Of a stretch of DNA of 64,000 bases, positions 13,413-25,598 are shown in pieces. Under the pieces are notes generated by a model. The model was not told the origin of the DNA and searched no databases. It saw only the letters and a program-made list of their open reading frames with translations. A program made the translations under genes and the position numbers. Within the stretch, counting starts at the first letter, position 1, and each line of letters begins with the position of its first letter. Source of the DNA: Microthyrium microscopicum (taxonomy: Eukaryota); the NCBI GenBank assembly GCA_010405405.1, contig MU004240.1:1084882-1148881 (forward strand). The letters run 5' to 3'.

Positions 13413-14170
13413 TCTCAAAAACTTCTCCTCGAAAAGGTATAGCGCCTGAATTTATAGCCCCTTATTGGTTGAACTCTTTAGACCTGCTCTGGCTAAATAA
13501 TATATGGAATATTTAAGGTTATATGCTAGAGCTATAAAGGCCTAGTATAGCTCCTTTTGGTTAGCACACGAGCAAACAAATGTTGCAGGATTTTGGTTGC
13601 TAATCGTCCCCAATGGTGAAGAATGTTTGGAAGGATCATGTCAGTTCGGGTAGCTTCGGCTCGGCCCGCATTTGCGATGTCATTGTTATGTACTGCCAGA
13701 CTGGTAGTGATGGGGCTGCGTAGGAATGTTATATTCTGGAAGAGACCAATCCTTCGCAATGCTTCCACGAATTATTCTAACAGATATTACATTTCCTAAA
13801 CACAAAGCAAAGAGAAATCGAGCTCAACATGTCTTAGTATACCCCTTGACAGGTCACAGTTGGCAGTCGCTCCCCATGAGTTTGTCTTAGCTGTTCATAC
13901 AGCAGAGTCTACAGTTTACAAAAGCTTAAACATTGGAGATTTCACTCATTTGTCACTGAGGCTCTTTCCAAAGTTTGTCTAAATATCAAACAGTAAATCT
14001 GGCGTAGGAATTTGATCTTCCTCTGTCTAGTAATGCTGCATTTCTTGCTTGCCGCTCAAGCACCCCGCCATCAACATTACGCCACTAGATCTCTCATTTG
14101 TCTTAGCCTGTCGCAACCAACATCCATCGTGTTTCCTACCTATTGAAGGGCCTTTACTTCAAGCGCAATC

Positions 14171-15231
14171 ATGGACAGGTTCAAAGGTCTCGCAAAAGGA
14201 GGCTGGCATCCAGAGAAGAATTCTGGTGACGGCAAAGCGGGAATAACAGGACTAGGCATTCGACAGAAAGCATCAAATCTCGGCGACAGCAAAGAGGGAA
14301 TAACAGGACTGGGCATCCGACAAAAAGCTGCAAGTCTTGATGTCCTCCTTGATGTAACCAGAACTAATGATATCAGAAAGGTTTAGTGGGCAAATCCGAC
14401 GATAGGCCAGAATCAACCTATCATTCCGAACCTTACATACGCAAAGATCCGGCACAATTTGCTCCTCCACCAAGAACCAAGACTTATGCTGAAGGCGAAG
14501 GACCAGTCGCACCGCCTCGCACGGCATCTCCCATTGAACCCGAGGTTATTCAAGATGCACCTTCAAGAAGAGCTGGTCCTTTTGTTGCAGATACATCCGG
14601 GATTGATACCTCGAAATACCCAATGCCCCCTCCACGCAATGGCGCAGTTTCATCATCACCTATAACTTCCAAGCCGAAGCCGGGGCTTCCTCCGAGACTG
14701 CCTCCTAGAAATGAAGTATCAACTCCAGATCCATCAGAGGGACAAATGAACCAAGGCGCAATGAGCAGACTTGGCGCAGCTGGAATTTCTGTACCTGCAT
14801 TTGGCATTGGTGGCCTGCGCAGCCCGCCACCGCTTCCATCAAGATCTCCTGGAACCTTTGGAACGTTTGAAAACGATTCAATCCCTGTAGTAGCGTCTCC
14901 AACAACGGGCACAACCTGGGCAGAGAAGCAAGCTGCGCTAAAGACAGCAAACAACTTCAAGAACAATCCGGGTGCTGTTTCGTTGTCTGAAATTCGCACA
15001 GCAGCTTCAACAGCAAAGAACTTCCAAGACAGACATGGAGAGCAAGTATCATATGGTCTACATTCCGCTCAACAAGCGAACCAGAGATACGGCCTCCAAG
15101 AACGCATGGCTGGCTTGTCAATCAATCCCAGCAAGCCACAACCACCACCACCTCCTCCAAAGAAATTTCAAGGAACACCACCTCCTCTTCACTTAAGCAG
15201 CAAACCAAAGCCATCGGCTCCAGCGGTCTGA
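14171..15231 (+). CDS. Proline-rich protein, Aim3-like, 2 exons joined by a probable GC-AG intron (14330-14376)
   Basis: MDRFKGLAKGGWHP start, KDPAQFAPPP, PGLPPRLPPR, GTTWAEKQAALKTA, terminal PPLHLSSKP; Aim3 assignment rests on motif recall only. Confidence 0.7.
14225..14338 (+). repeat. Imperfect 57-bp tandem duplication in exon 1 (GDGKAGITGLGIRQKASNL / GDSKEGITGLGIRQKA)
   Basis: Two copies with period 57 nt, visible at DNA and protein level; the second copy runs into the proposed intron donor. Confidence 0.85.
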
Positions 15232-17186
15232 TATTGCACATCATGGTGGATAAAGAGCTATCAATTGACATCTGAAACGCTAGTCTACTGCATTTATCCG
15301 AGGATTTCCGACCCCATATCTCTAACGCAGTTTCCGATGAAATAACCACTGTAATCAGTGACTTTTCCTCAAGGACAAGCTGGCAAAAGAGCAATCTGGA
15401 AGCCCCTACTATACTAGGAAGGATTGGCGTCTAAGGGCTCCGAGCTCACAGGGTCCAGATCGGTATTCTCATAGCTTAAATTGTCCGAGTTAACAAGACA
15501 TCCTAGCAGGTGAAGAGGAGAAATATCAACCAGATGGGACAAGGATCGCAGTAATTCATCGGCAATAATTGTCAACCAAGCACGTGGCTGGACAATCACA
15601 TATCCCGAAATTTCGATTTACGCTCGGGTTCTGGATCTTCCAGAAAGGAGACAAGATGTTCTTTTCTCAAACTCGACATTGAACATCTAATGTCTTGTCA
15701 TGGAGCGATTGTGGACCAAGATTCTTCTAACTCCACCTTATCTAAAACCGATGGAGACTGCAGCACCAATACTTTATACAGCACTTTGCTGCCGAGCGTC
15801 TAAGAGACGATGTGATTTCCAAAGCTACATTCTTGTCATATATTTTCTTCTAGTAAGCTAATAAATGTGGAGGAATGTTAAGCTATCCTAGTGCTGTACC
15901 AGTAGTACCGACGATCAAACCGTTTGACATGATTGTGATTCCGTTTACACCGGCAATTGATGGGAAAATGGGAAAACAACTCTTTTGCTTGGACAATTAC
16001 AACAACTATCCTTATACAATCGACTACGGAGCTCTATTTCCTACAGGATCATGGCGAATATATCGAACGTGATAGGACTACTTGTTATGACGGGTTATCT
16101 CGCATTCAAGTGTGCTTTCTCGGCTTTTCATAAGTCTGGTTAGCGACCAAAGCAGTAGTAGCGAATGCCAGGGTTAGACCATCTACCTTTTTGGCCACGG
16201 ACAAAAGGGTAGGGATTTTGGTAGGGCAGAGCAATTAGAAGATACATCATTGGAGGCGAGAGATAGAATGGCAATATGTCATTCGTAGTAGTACAAAACT
16301 AGACTTATACAGCCTACCCAACCCATTATGGCCATCAAGGTTTTTCTGCGAGTTTTGGAAGAATATCCTTTCTTTACTGATGTCTTTCTACTTTTCATAG
16401 AATCTTTGATCCATTTCCCTTTCCTGAATCCTCTATCGCGGAGCTCGCGCCCAAGCTCTTGAAGGTCCCCCTGTATCTTCACAAACCTGTACGGATAAGG
16501 AACTTGAAAAAGGTGAGATGCGCATCCACCTAAAATGCCATGAAAACTGTGAAATGGTCGTCTTGATGGAGCTCTCGACGTCATTCTAGGCAACCTCGGA
16601 GTTGAGTGTGGGCACACTATCAAGATTGCAGTTGAGTTGCTGCAGAAGCGTGGCGTTTACAGTCCAGACAAGGAAAATTGTCCAAGCTCCTGGGGTCTTC
16701 CACGTCGGCTGCGAGTTGGTCTTGCTCTCTGCAGCAGTTCGGCGATTTTTGTTTGGCTGTTGATTGTTGCTTTGGAGCAAAAACGCATCATAATTTTGAA
16801 CCACCCTCATTTTTCGCCTTGTCTGTTCAACAACTCAACTTTGACAACCTGTTGTGTTGCCTGCTCCTGCTGCTGCAAGAATTACTGGCCTCTGCTAATG
16901 ACGCTTTCCTACTCTAGGTTATCTTTCATCGCTCCTGCTCTGCTTACCTTTTCTTCTAGTCCTGCTCGCGGTTGCTCTTGCCCATTGTCGGAACCGTCCT
17001 TGCCCTCCTGGTCCTGTGCCTCCCTTGCACCTGCTTCACTTTCTAACCTTGTCCTCGCCTTTGAGGTTTGACGACATCAATCAACTCGGCTATCTTCCAG
17101 GCCTCCAACTCCAGCTCCTCTTCCTCCATCTCAGGTCTCACAATTAAACCCTCCTCTTTGTTGTTCGTCATCAGAAGTCGTTCAAT

Positions 17187-19753
17187 ATGTCCGCACCCTC
17201 CTTCAGGCTGACCATGCCACCTCGGTCCCTCTTCAACTGGCCGCCAGACCCATATCCTGTCTCTCTGCCGCCGCCCGTCGATGCTCGCACGTTTGCGAGT
17301 CCATTCCCTATCAATGCCGAGCTTTATAATGCCGCTCTTGACTGGAAAGTTCCTGTCACGATTGGAGCTCTCTATGCCAGTACTGCCTTGATTATGAACC
17401 GCATCAATCGCGAACGCAAGAATCAACCATGGGCAATCAGCAAAACCACCGCTTTCCATTACTTCGTATTGGCTCATAACATCTTCTTGGCTATATTCTC
17501 TGCCTTGACATTCATTGGAATGATTCGCGCTTTGGCTCATTCATGGCCTGGTCGTCGTGACCTTCCTTTCCTTGGGAAGCTCTGGCCTGGTCTTCGAACT
17601 CAATACGGTCTTGCTGGTGCAGCTGATGCTCTATGCAAACTCCACGGTCCGCGTAACATTGGAGACGCTGTGTACTACAACTCAACAATGCATCAATGGA
17701 GCACCACTAGTCGCGTTACCAAACTCACTGGAAGTCATGAGCCAAACCCAGCTGATGTTGGTCGATTATGGAATGAAGGACTGGCCTTTTGGGGCTGGTG
17801 GTTCTATCTTTCAAAGTTCTATGAAGTTTTGGACACCTTCATTATCCTCGCCAAAGGCAAACGAAGCTCGACTCTGCAGACATACCATCATACTGGTGCT
17901 ATGGCTTGCATGTGGGCAGGAATTCGATACATGTCTCCTCCTATCTGGATGTTTGCTTTTATTAATTCCGGCATTCACACCCTCATGGTAGGTTTCTTCT
18001 GACTGGATGACTTCATAAGCTAATAGGACGATAGTACTCTTACTACACATTGTCTGCCCTCAGAATTCGAGTACCACAAGGCATTAAACGGACCTTGACT
18101 ACCATGCAAATCACCCAGTTCTTGGTCGGAATAACGTTCGCGACTCTACACCTCTTTGTCGAATACTCTGTTCCAGTACCAACACAATATTACATCTCCA
18201 AGACTGTTAGCTCCGCAGCCCATGTGGCAGCTTCAGCAGTGTCTGCAGCAGCGTCCAGAGCACCCGAAGTTGCTGCAGCAGCGGCACCAAGCATTGGAGC
18301 GTTCCTCAAGAAGCTTTTGCTCCGCGCTGCTGGTGAAGAGGGAATGGCCCAAAAAGTACAAGCACCCCCTGGTCCAGAACCTGGTTGGATCCCTGTTTCC
18401 AACGCGACCCAGGCTGCAAAGTCTGAACAAGAGACCAGATGGCGAACTCAGTATAAATATGTTCCATGCATTGACACTGAAGGACAAGCATTTGCAATTT
18501 GGTTGAACGTGTTCTATCTTGCCCCATTGACGTAAGTTGAATTATATTGTACATTGGGCACTGCTGATTGTTGTAGGCTTCTATTTGTGCGATTCTTCAT
18601 CCGATCATACTCTCGACGAACTGCGCCTAGCAACAAGAACCCAAAGACAGCACAGCGAATCTATAAAGCCGCCGAAGATGCTGCTCATGGCACCAATCGG
18701 GAGGTTGACAAACTCGGCAAAGAAGCGGAACAAGCGGCAGGAGACCTTGCACAAAACATTTCCAACAAACTACAAGGAAGTCAAACTGGAGCTGGATCTC
18801 AAAGGCGTGTGTCCGCACAAATTGAACGGATTGCCAAGGAATTTGAAAAGGGTGAGAAAAGTGATAAGAATGAAGATCAAGCAGATGAGCCAACACCGGA
18901 ACGACCAGTGAGCAGCCGGAGCAACCACAGCAGTGACTCTTTGAAGGGTGGACAGATCCGGAAGAAGCCAAGTGCCGAGCACATTAGGTTAAGACAAAAG
19001 TTTGAGGAAGGTGCAAATGCCATTGGACGGTCCGTAGATACTTTCCTAGGGGAGGCTGCGTCGAAAACTAAGAAAGAAACAGAACGCCTCAACTTGTCGC
19101 CGTGTGCTGAGGATGAGGAGGCGGAACGTGTGAAGCTGGAGAGACTGGAGAAGGAAGCGGAAGAGAAGGTAAGAGACGTTCGAGAGGCGGTTGGTGGTCA
19201 GGCGTCAAGAGCTGCGGAAAGTATTGAAGGTTTGAAGGATGGTGCTGTGGAACAGGTTTCGAAGCTGGGCAATTCTTTATACACGGACGATGGGGAGTTC
19301 TCGTTGGTCAATGTCAAGGCATGGGGTGACAAGAAGGATGGAAGTGATGCAAAAGATACTCAAGATTCCGAGGAACAGAAAGAGTCGGAAAGTGGACAGG
19401 AATCGCAAAAGGACGGGGATACAAAGTCATCTGAAGCATCTTCGCCTTTTGATGAAGATACAAGCAACGCGGACGACTCGAGAAAATCCCGCTCCGAAGT
19501 CTCTGTTCATGAACAGAAACCAGATCTCTCTGCCCCAGACGAGCCACGCAGCACAACACCTTCGCCAGATTCGTCGAGCCCCAAGAAGCAATCCCCGTCA
19601 CGAAAGTCGAAGATTCCCCAGCCAAAGAACAAGCGATCGGCTTCACCGATCAAGAAGGTACTCACACCAGCCACTACGACGGCTTCAGTTGCGGCCCACT
19701 CGGGTGCGGCTATTGTGGACAAGAAAGAAGCTGATGGAAGCACTGGTAATTGA
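17187..19753 (+). CDS. ELO/GNS1-SUR4 family fatty acid elongase (Gig30-like) with long hydrophilic C-terminal tail, 3 exons
   Basis: FYLSKFYEVLDT, STLQTYHH, NSGIHTLM|YSYY, LTTMQITQF, YLAPLT|LLFVRFF motifs. Confidence 0.9.
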
Positions 19754-20587
19754 GTCACACAAGCCTTTTCCATGTTCACTTTGACGAAGCCCAAGAATTG
19801 AAGCATATGTACAATTTTCGTTTAGCGTTGCTGTTTCGGCGGCAGGCAAAATCAAAGTCCGTGTCATTCACTGTTGCACTTTTATATTATTAGTCCTTTT
19901 GAACAGCAAATTCCCAAATCACTTGCACTTCTCCCCTTCCCTAGTGACTAAGACTTGACATCAAAAACTTCGCATTATCATAGCTAACCAAACAAATTAT
20001 GTGTAGATCTGGGACATACTTCGCTGGCGCAACTGTCTCTGAAGAGACTACAGAGCAGGACAAGGCCAGGATTAGATGCTCTCCGTAACGATATCGAAGT
20101 TGCTGGCTGTTATGACCTTGAGAAGCACGAAGACGAGAATTACGGAGGACACGTTCAGGATATGCCATCCTGGTCACTTTTGTAGAAACCAGTCAATGTT
20201 GCTTTACTGATCATCCGACTCTCTTCGAAAGCTTGGGACCGATTCAGATATAGAACGCCAACAAGGCTGAACGCAAGGCTGAACTCCACTACGAGCTGAT
20301 CGTCTACCACACAATTAGAGCTCTTTAGTAAACCACCAAGTCTGGTACATGAGCACAATAATTACCCCATCTTTCCATACCACTATCAATTGGCTCAACG
20401 TTCCGATATCTAACATGATGGTACTCTATTGCTCACTGGAGCTGAGCTCTTTCCAGATGCAAAACTTCTTCGCCCCAAGTCCGCCATCATCTATTCAGCT
20501 CCTTCTCGTACCTGATATTCCTAAACGTGCATCTATCGCCTCATCAAACACCGTCATCAAGCATCATTGGGGCTTCAACCCACCATC

Positions 20588-21516
20588 ATGGGTCTTACCT
20601 ATCGTAACCATGATGAAGTCACTGCCCACGTCCACGGCATACTCCTAAGCATCGCCTTCTGCGCCATCTTCCCCATCGGCGCCCTAATCCATTCCATCTT
20701 CAAGAACAGCAACCTATGGATCGCCCACGCCATCACCCAAACCTGCGGCCTCATCTTTGCCATCACCGGCCTCGTCTTTGGCTTCGAAATGGTCTACAGC
20801 TTCGTTCGTCTTGCCTCTTTACCTTTACCTCTTTCAAACCAATCCATCTAACCAACTTTAAACAGGAAAAAATGCCATATCACCACGGTGTCCTCGGTCT
20901 CATCATCGTGGCGACTCTCTGCGCCATGCCATTCATCGCCATCATGCACCGTCGTCTCATCGCCGTTCACCCACACCTACCCTACTTTGGCTGGATCCAC
21001 CGCACACTCTCGCTCATCTGCATGTTCGGCGGCATCATCAACGGCGCCTACGGTCTCAAATACAGCTCTGCCCCACGCAGTCAAAAAATCGCCTACGGTC
21101 TCCTCGCTGGCATCTGCTACGGGCTCTGGTTCGGTGCGCGCATCTACCAGTTCGTTGTGCAAGGCGAACAAAGCATCAGCACTCGCTGGTGGGGCTGGAT
21201 GGGCAGACATGGACTGACAGAGTTTGAGCTGTCGGAAGAGACGAGAGGTCGTGCGTATGTTGAACGGCCGGGTGTTGAGATTAGGCAGATGAGTGCGGCG
21301 GTGGAGGCGAGAGTGGAGGAGGAAAGGTGGGTGAGGCGGTTGACGGGGGCGAGTGCGGGTAGTATGGGGACGGGGAAGGATAGTAGGGGGAATAGTCGGA
21401 AGGGTAGTGCTGGGGAGGGGGATGGGGAGATGTGTATTGGGCCTGCTATACCGTGTCCGGTTGGAGGTTGGCGGGAAAGGCCTAGGAGCGGGACGCGTCA
21501 TGTTGCAAGTTCGTAG
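20588..21516 (+). CDS. Cytochrome b561-like integral membrane protein, 2 exons
   Basis: Four spaced His in transmembrane segments: HVHGILLSIAF..FPIGA, WIAHAITQ, HHGVLG, WIHRTL; intron of about 60 nt ending at acag 20865. Confidence 0.75.
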
Positions 21517-22844
21517 TCAGTGAATAGGGAGGGATAATGGTTTATGATTGTGTAAAAGCTTGCACTGGTTGGGGTAGATGTGTCTGTATTTGTGTTTGAT
21601 TGTGGCAGAGTCGAAGTTTGTCTTTCAGAAGCTCGATATATTTCAATGATCACTGATAATCAGAGCTTAACTCCCAGTAATCACCAAAGTTAGTTGAACA
21701 GTTACGTTGTTCAATCCAGCCGAGTGACTGCTTCATACCTGCCATGCGGCATGGAATCTGATTCTCTTGATAGCCGTGGGCAGCTTTCTAAAGTCTTGTC
21801 CGTAGTGATCAAGCCGTTGCTTGTTGCTAGAAGTATATCTTGTTTTCTAGTAATTGTAATTCCATGAGGGAACCGGATTTTTGATAGCTAGAATGAACAG
21901 CCAAAATTGATGCTGTATCACTCATTTGAGAGAGACTACCTTGAATATCTAATTTGGAGAAGTAAGCTCTTGCTTTGTTGTTGACTCTTGAAGAGATCAT
22001 GTAGTTAGCTGGAATCAAGCTGGGGCACAATTGAGCAAAGCTCATATTATAAGGAGAGTTGGATTAGATATCTTGAAGTTTGTATGGACATTACAGTACT
22101 AGAAAAATTAGGAAGTGTGGAATGCTCAGCTTACATGACTTTTATTTCTCTGGCAAGAAATTAAGGCGGGATCGGGGGTGGCTATTTGCTATATATATAC
22201 ACCAACATCTGAATATTCTTTCGTACTAACAAAGCAGGTTGCCCCATGTAGTCGAGGTTGAGATCCAATTCTTGTGAGCTCCTTGGTCAGCATGGGGCGA
22301 AAATAACAAACATAATGGAGTAGAAAAAACATTACCTGGTTACTCACCACACTTAATTGTGGATGACTAACACAGAACACTGCTCCTTCCCCCGGAAAAA
22401 GCCGTAGGAGGCTTTCATTACACCCCTCGAGTTCCTTTACAGTGAATTCGGGGTGTATTTTTTGTCACTCAAAGGTATCGTGTTCGATTTCGGTAGAGTT
22501 CAGAATTTGAACAATCGGATTTTTGTTCTCTTTTGGTGTTAACTGAAAGAGATAAGCTATAGGCTTCCTTCTTATTTTTTTAAGCATTTAATATTGTTTT
22601 AAATGGCTGTTGTTGTGAAATTTCCCAATGTTGTTGTTGATTGTTGTTACCCTCCTCAGCCTTGTTCAGCCTTGCGTCCAATAAATCCAATTTTATGATT
22701 GGCTCCCATTCAAGTCCGTGCATATCTTGAATTTTCGTGGGCTTCAATGTTCTTCTAGTGCTGGCTTGCGCGAGCTTCATCACGCAAGTATTAATTCGAT
22801 CTCATCGGTTTTAAGCTGCACCCTTCGAATCTGATTTTGCGATC

Positions 22845-25165
22845 ATGTCAACTGATACTACAGCCGATCACCCCAGAAAGCGCATTCGCCTTGATAATGA
22901 CGCTGCTGCATCCGAGTCAAATGCCATCCAACCACCTCCCGTCCCAGGTTGGGAAGATGATTATGAAAAAGAGGTTCGCGCAGGAATTACCGCTTTCGTA
23001 AGCCCAGGAACTCCGGGGTTGGCTGGCGTTTTCAAGCAGAGGTTGGCAACGTTGATCCATTCTTTGGAGCTCTACTAACTCATCAAGATACTCTGATTTT
23101 CTGGTGAATGAAATAGTAAGCTCTGGAGATGTTCTCCATCTTACAGATATTGCAGACCAAACATCACTGTCTACTGTACGAGAAAGTTCCAAGGCTGGAG
23201 CTGAAGCAGGCTCCAAAACCGAGCAGCCAGTAAAACCAAAGGCGACAGTTGAAAAGTCAGAAAAACCACCGCCAGTTGAGGTACGATAGACAAAAAGCCA
23301 AATATCACAAATGCTAACTATGACAGTTTGAGATGTCTGAGGAGGATCTTGCCCAATTACAAGAAATCTTTGGGGAATCAACGACAGCCGCCATCGTCAA
23401 GCTACATAAAACGGTACATCAGCATCCTGACAAAAAGAGGAAGGACTTCGAGAAGATTACATCCGAGGAAATCGAAGATAAAGCAGATCGGACAAAAGCT
23501 CATCAAACCATTCGACGTGTCTTTCAGTCCAGACTGGATTCTTCTACAAATGAAAATAATGCCTTGATAATATCCGCAAGCCTCTCCGCTGCTTCAAGGC
23601 AAAGCAAGGCTGATTGGCAACAAAAGCGTGAGGCCGGTGGTAATCAATCCAAGGGAAGACTTGGATGGGAAGAGCTAGGTGGCGAGTATCTTCACTTCAC
23701 TCTGTACAAGGAGAACAAGGACACCATGGAAGTTCTCAATTACATTGGTCGCATGTTCAAACTGGCTCCAAAGCATTTCCAATTCTCTGGTACGAAGGAT
23801 CGACGAGCTGTGGCGGTACAGCGCATTAGCGCGTATCGAGTTCAGGCTGAGCGCCTTGCTGCACTTAACAAGTCCCTTAAAGGTGCGAAGATTGGTGGAT
23901 TCAAATACGAGACCTATCCTCTCGCACTTGGTCAATTACAAGGAAATGAATTCAATATCACGCTGAGAGACTGTCATTTTCCGGGAGAGGATGGCCTGGA
24001 CGAGCAGGCACGCTTTGACCTAGCCAAAGGCATTGTCACAAAAGCTGTTGAAAATATCAAGAAAGATGGCTTCATCAACTACTTTGGTCTACAAAGATTC
24101 GGCACCCTTTCCATTAGTACGGACGAAGTTGGAGTCAAAATGTTACAAGGCGACTTGAAGGCGGCGGTTCAACTCATTCTAGGCTATTCGCCGATAGCTT
24201 TGGCTGCTGGAAAAAATGGCGGACTCACTACTACCATCCCTATAGACGACCGAAAGCGGGCACTAGCTCTCGAGGAGTGGGAAACATCAGGCAATTCCAA
24301 GAAAGCTTTGAATATGATGCCAAGAAAATACAGCGGAGAGATTGCCATCATAACCTTCTTGGGTCAGCGTAGAAATGGAGTCAAAACCAACGAGCAAGAT
24401 TGGAAAGGCGCACTCTCCAGTATATCGAGAAATCTACGTCTGATGTACATTCATGCCTATCAAAGTATGGTATGGAATACAGTTGCTGCACGTCGCTGGG
24501 AGCGGTTCGGCACTAACGTGGTGGAAGGAGACTTGGTTGTGGTTGACACTGCTGCCAAGAATAGTCTTGTCGATGTTGATGAGTCTGGAGAACTGATTAT
24601 CCAGCCAGAGGGGGAGGATAGAGCCGCGGGCGATGCCGATTTCATTCGTGCGAGACCTCTAACCAAAGAAGAGGCAGAAAGTGGAAAGCACTCCATCTGG
24701 GATATAGTATTGCCTCAACCTGGTTTCGATGTCAATTACCCAGCCAACGAAATCGGCGAATTCTACAAAGAGTTCATGGGTAGCGAGAAGGGCGGCGGAT
24801 TGGATCCACACAATATGCGGCGGACATGGAGAGAGATCAGCTTGAGTGGAGGTTACCGCAACTTCTTGTCTCGCCCGAACTTGATGGAAGGTGACGTTCG
24901 ATCCTATACCAATGACACTGAACAGTTGGTCAAGACGGATGTTGATCTCCTACTGGAAAAGTCCGGCGAAGCGCAGGCCAATCCTTCTTCAGAAGTTACC
25001 ATGGCCGGCGATTCCGATGCGTTGCTCGCAGTCGTATTGAAGATGCAGCTTGGATCAAGCCAGTACGCAACGATGGCTTTGCGAGAAATGCTCAAAGCGG
25101 GAGGCCTGAAAAGTTACAAGGCTGAATTCAAAGAGTTCAAGGACTTCAGAGGCCCTACTGCCTAG
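22845..25165 (+). CDS. PUS7: Multisubstrate pseudouridine synthase 7 (TruD family), 3 exons
   Basis: KQR|YSDFLVNEI, LYKENKDTM, catalytic SGTKDRRAV, GNEFNITLR, GFINYFGLQRFG, HAYQS, SQYATMALRE. Confidence 0.95.
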
Positions 25166-25598
25166 GTTAACATCAAATTAACGTTAAATATCCTTGCTTA
25201 TCATCATTTGAAGAGCCTCATACTTTCCGTAAACCTGGAACCGCATATGCACATGAAATCGGGCCAGCCCTCTTCCAGTCATATGGTCAGAGCAATGTTC
25301 CGATCATATGCAGCATGAGCAGCCGAAGGATGTTATATGATAACATGCCTGCGCCTGTCAAAGCACCTGTTCAATGACCAGGTTGACTATAAAGCTTCTC
25401 CACAGTCGACGCAGGAGGTAGGATCAAAATGCATCAAGGATATAAGGCATGCATTTATCAGACCAACAACTGATCCCAGTTTGACAGAAAATCTTAAGCA
25501 CTGGACCGAAGATCCCGATCCCATCAAAGATTGCTAAATGTCCACTAATTTACATATACATTTTCTCAAAGTGTTCTCTAAACGCAAATTCTGCAGTC

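Noticed and set aside
22328..22464. U1- or U5-like words (attacctgg, cattacac, cctttac) in the hairpin element
   Set aside because: Each deviates from invariant positions and the layout does not fit; kept only as an unassigned structured element
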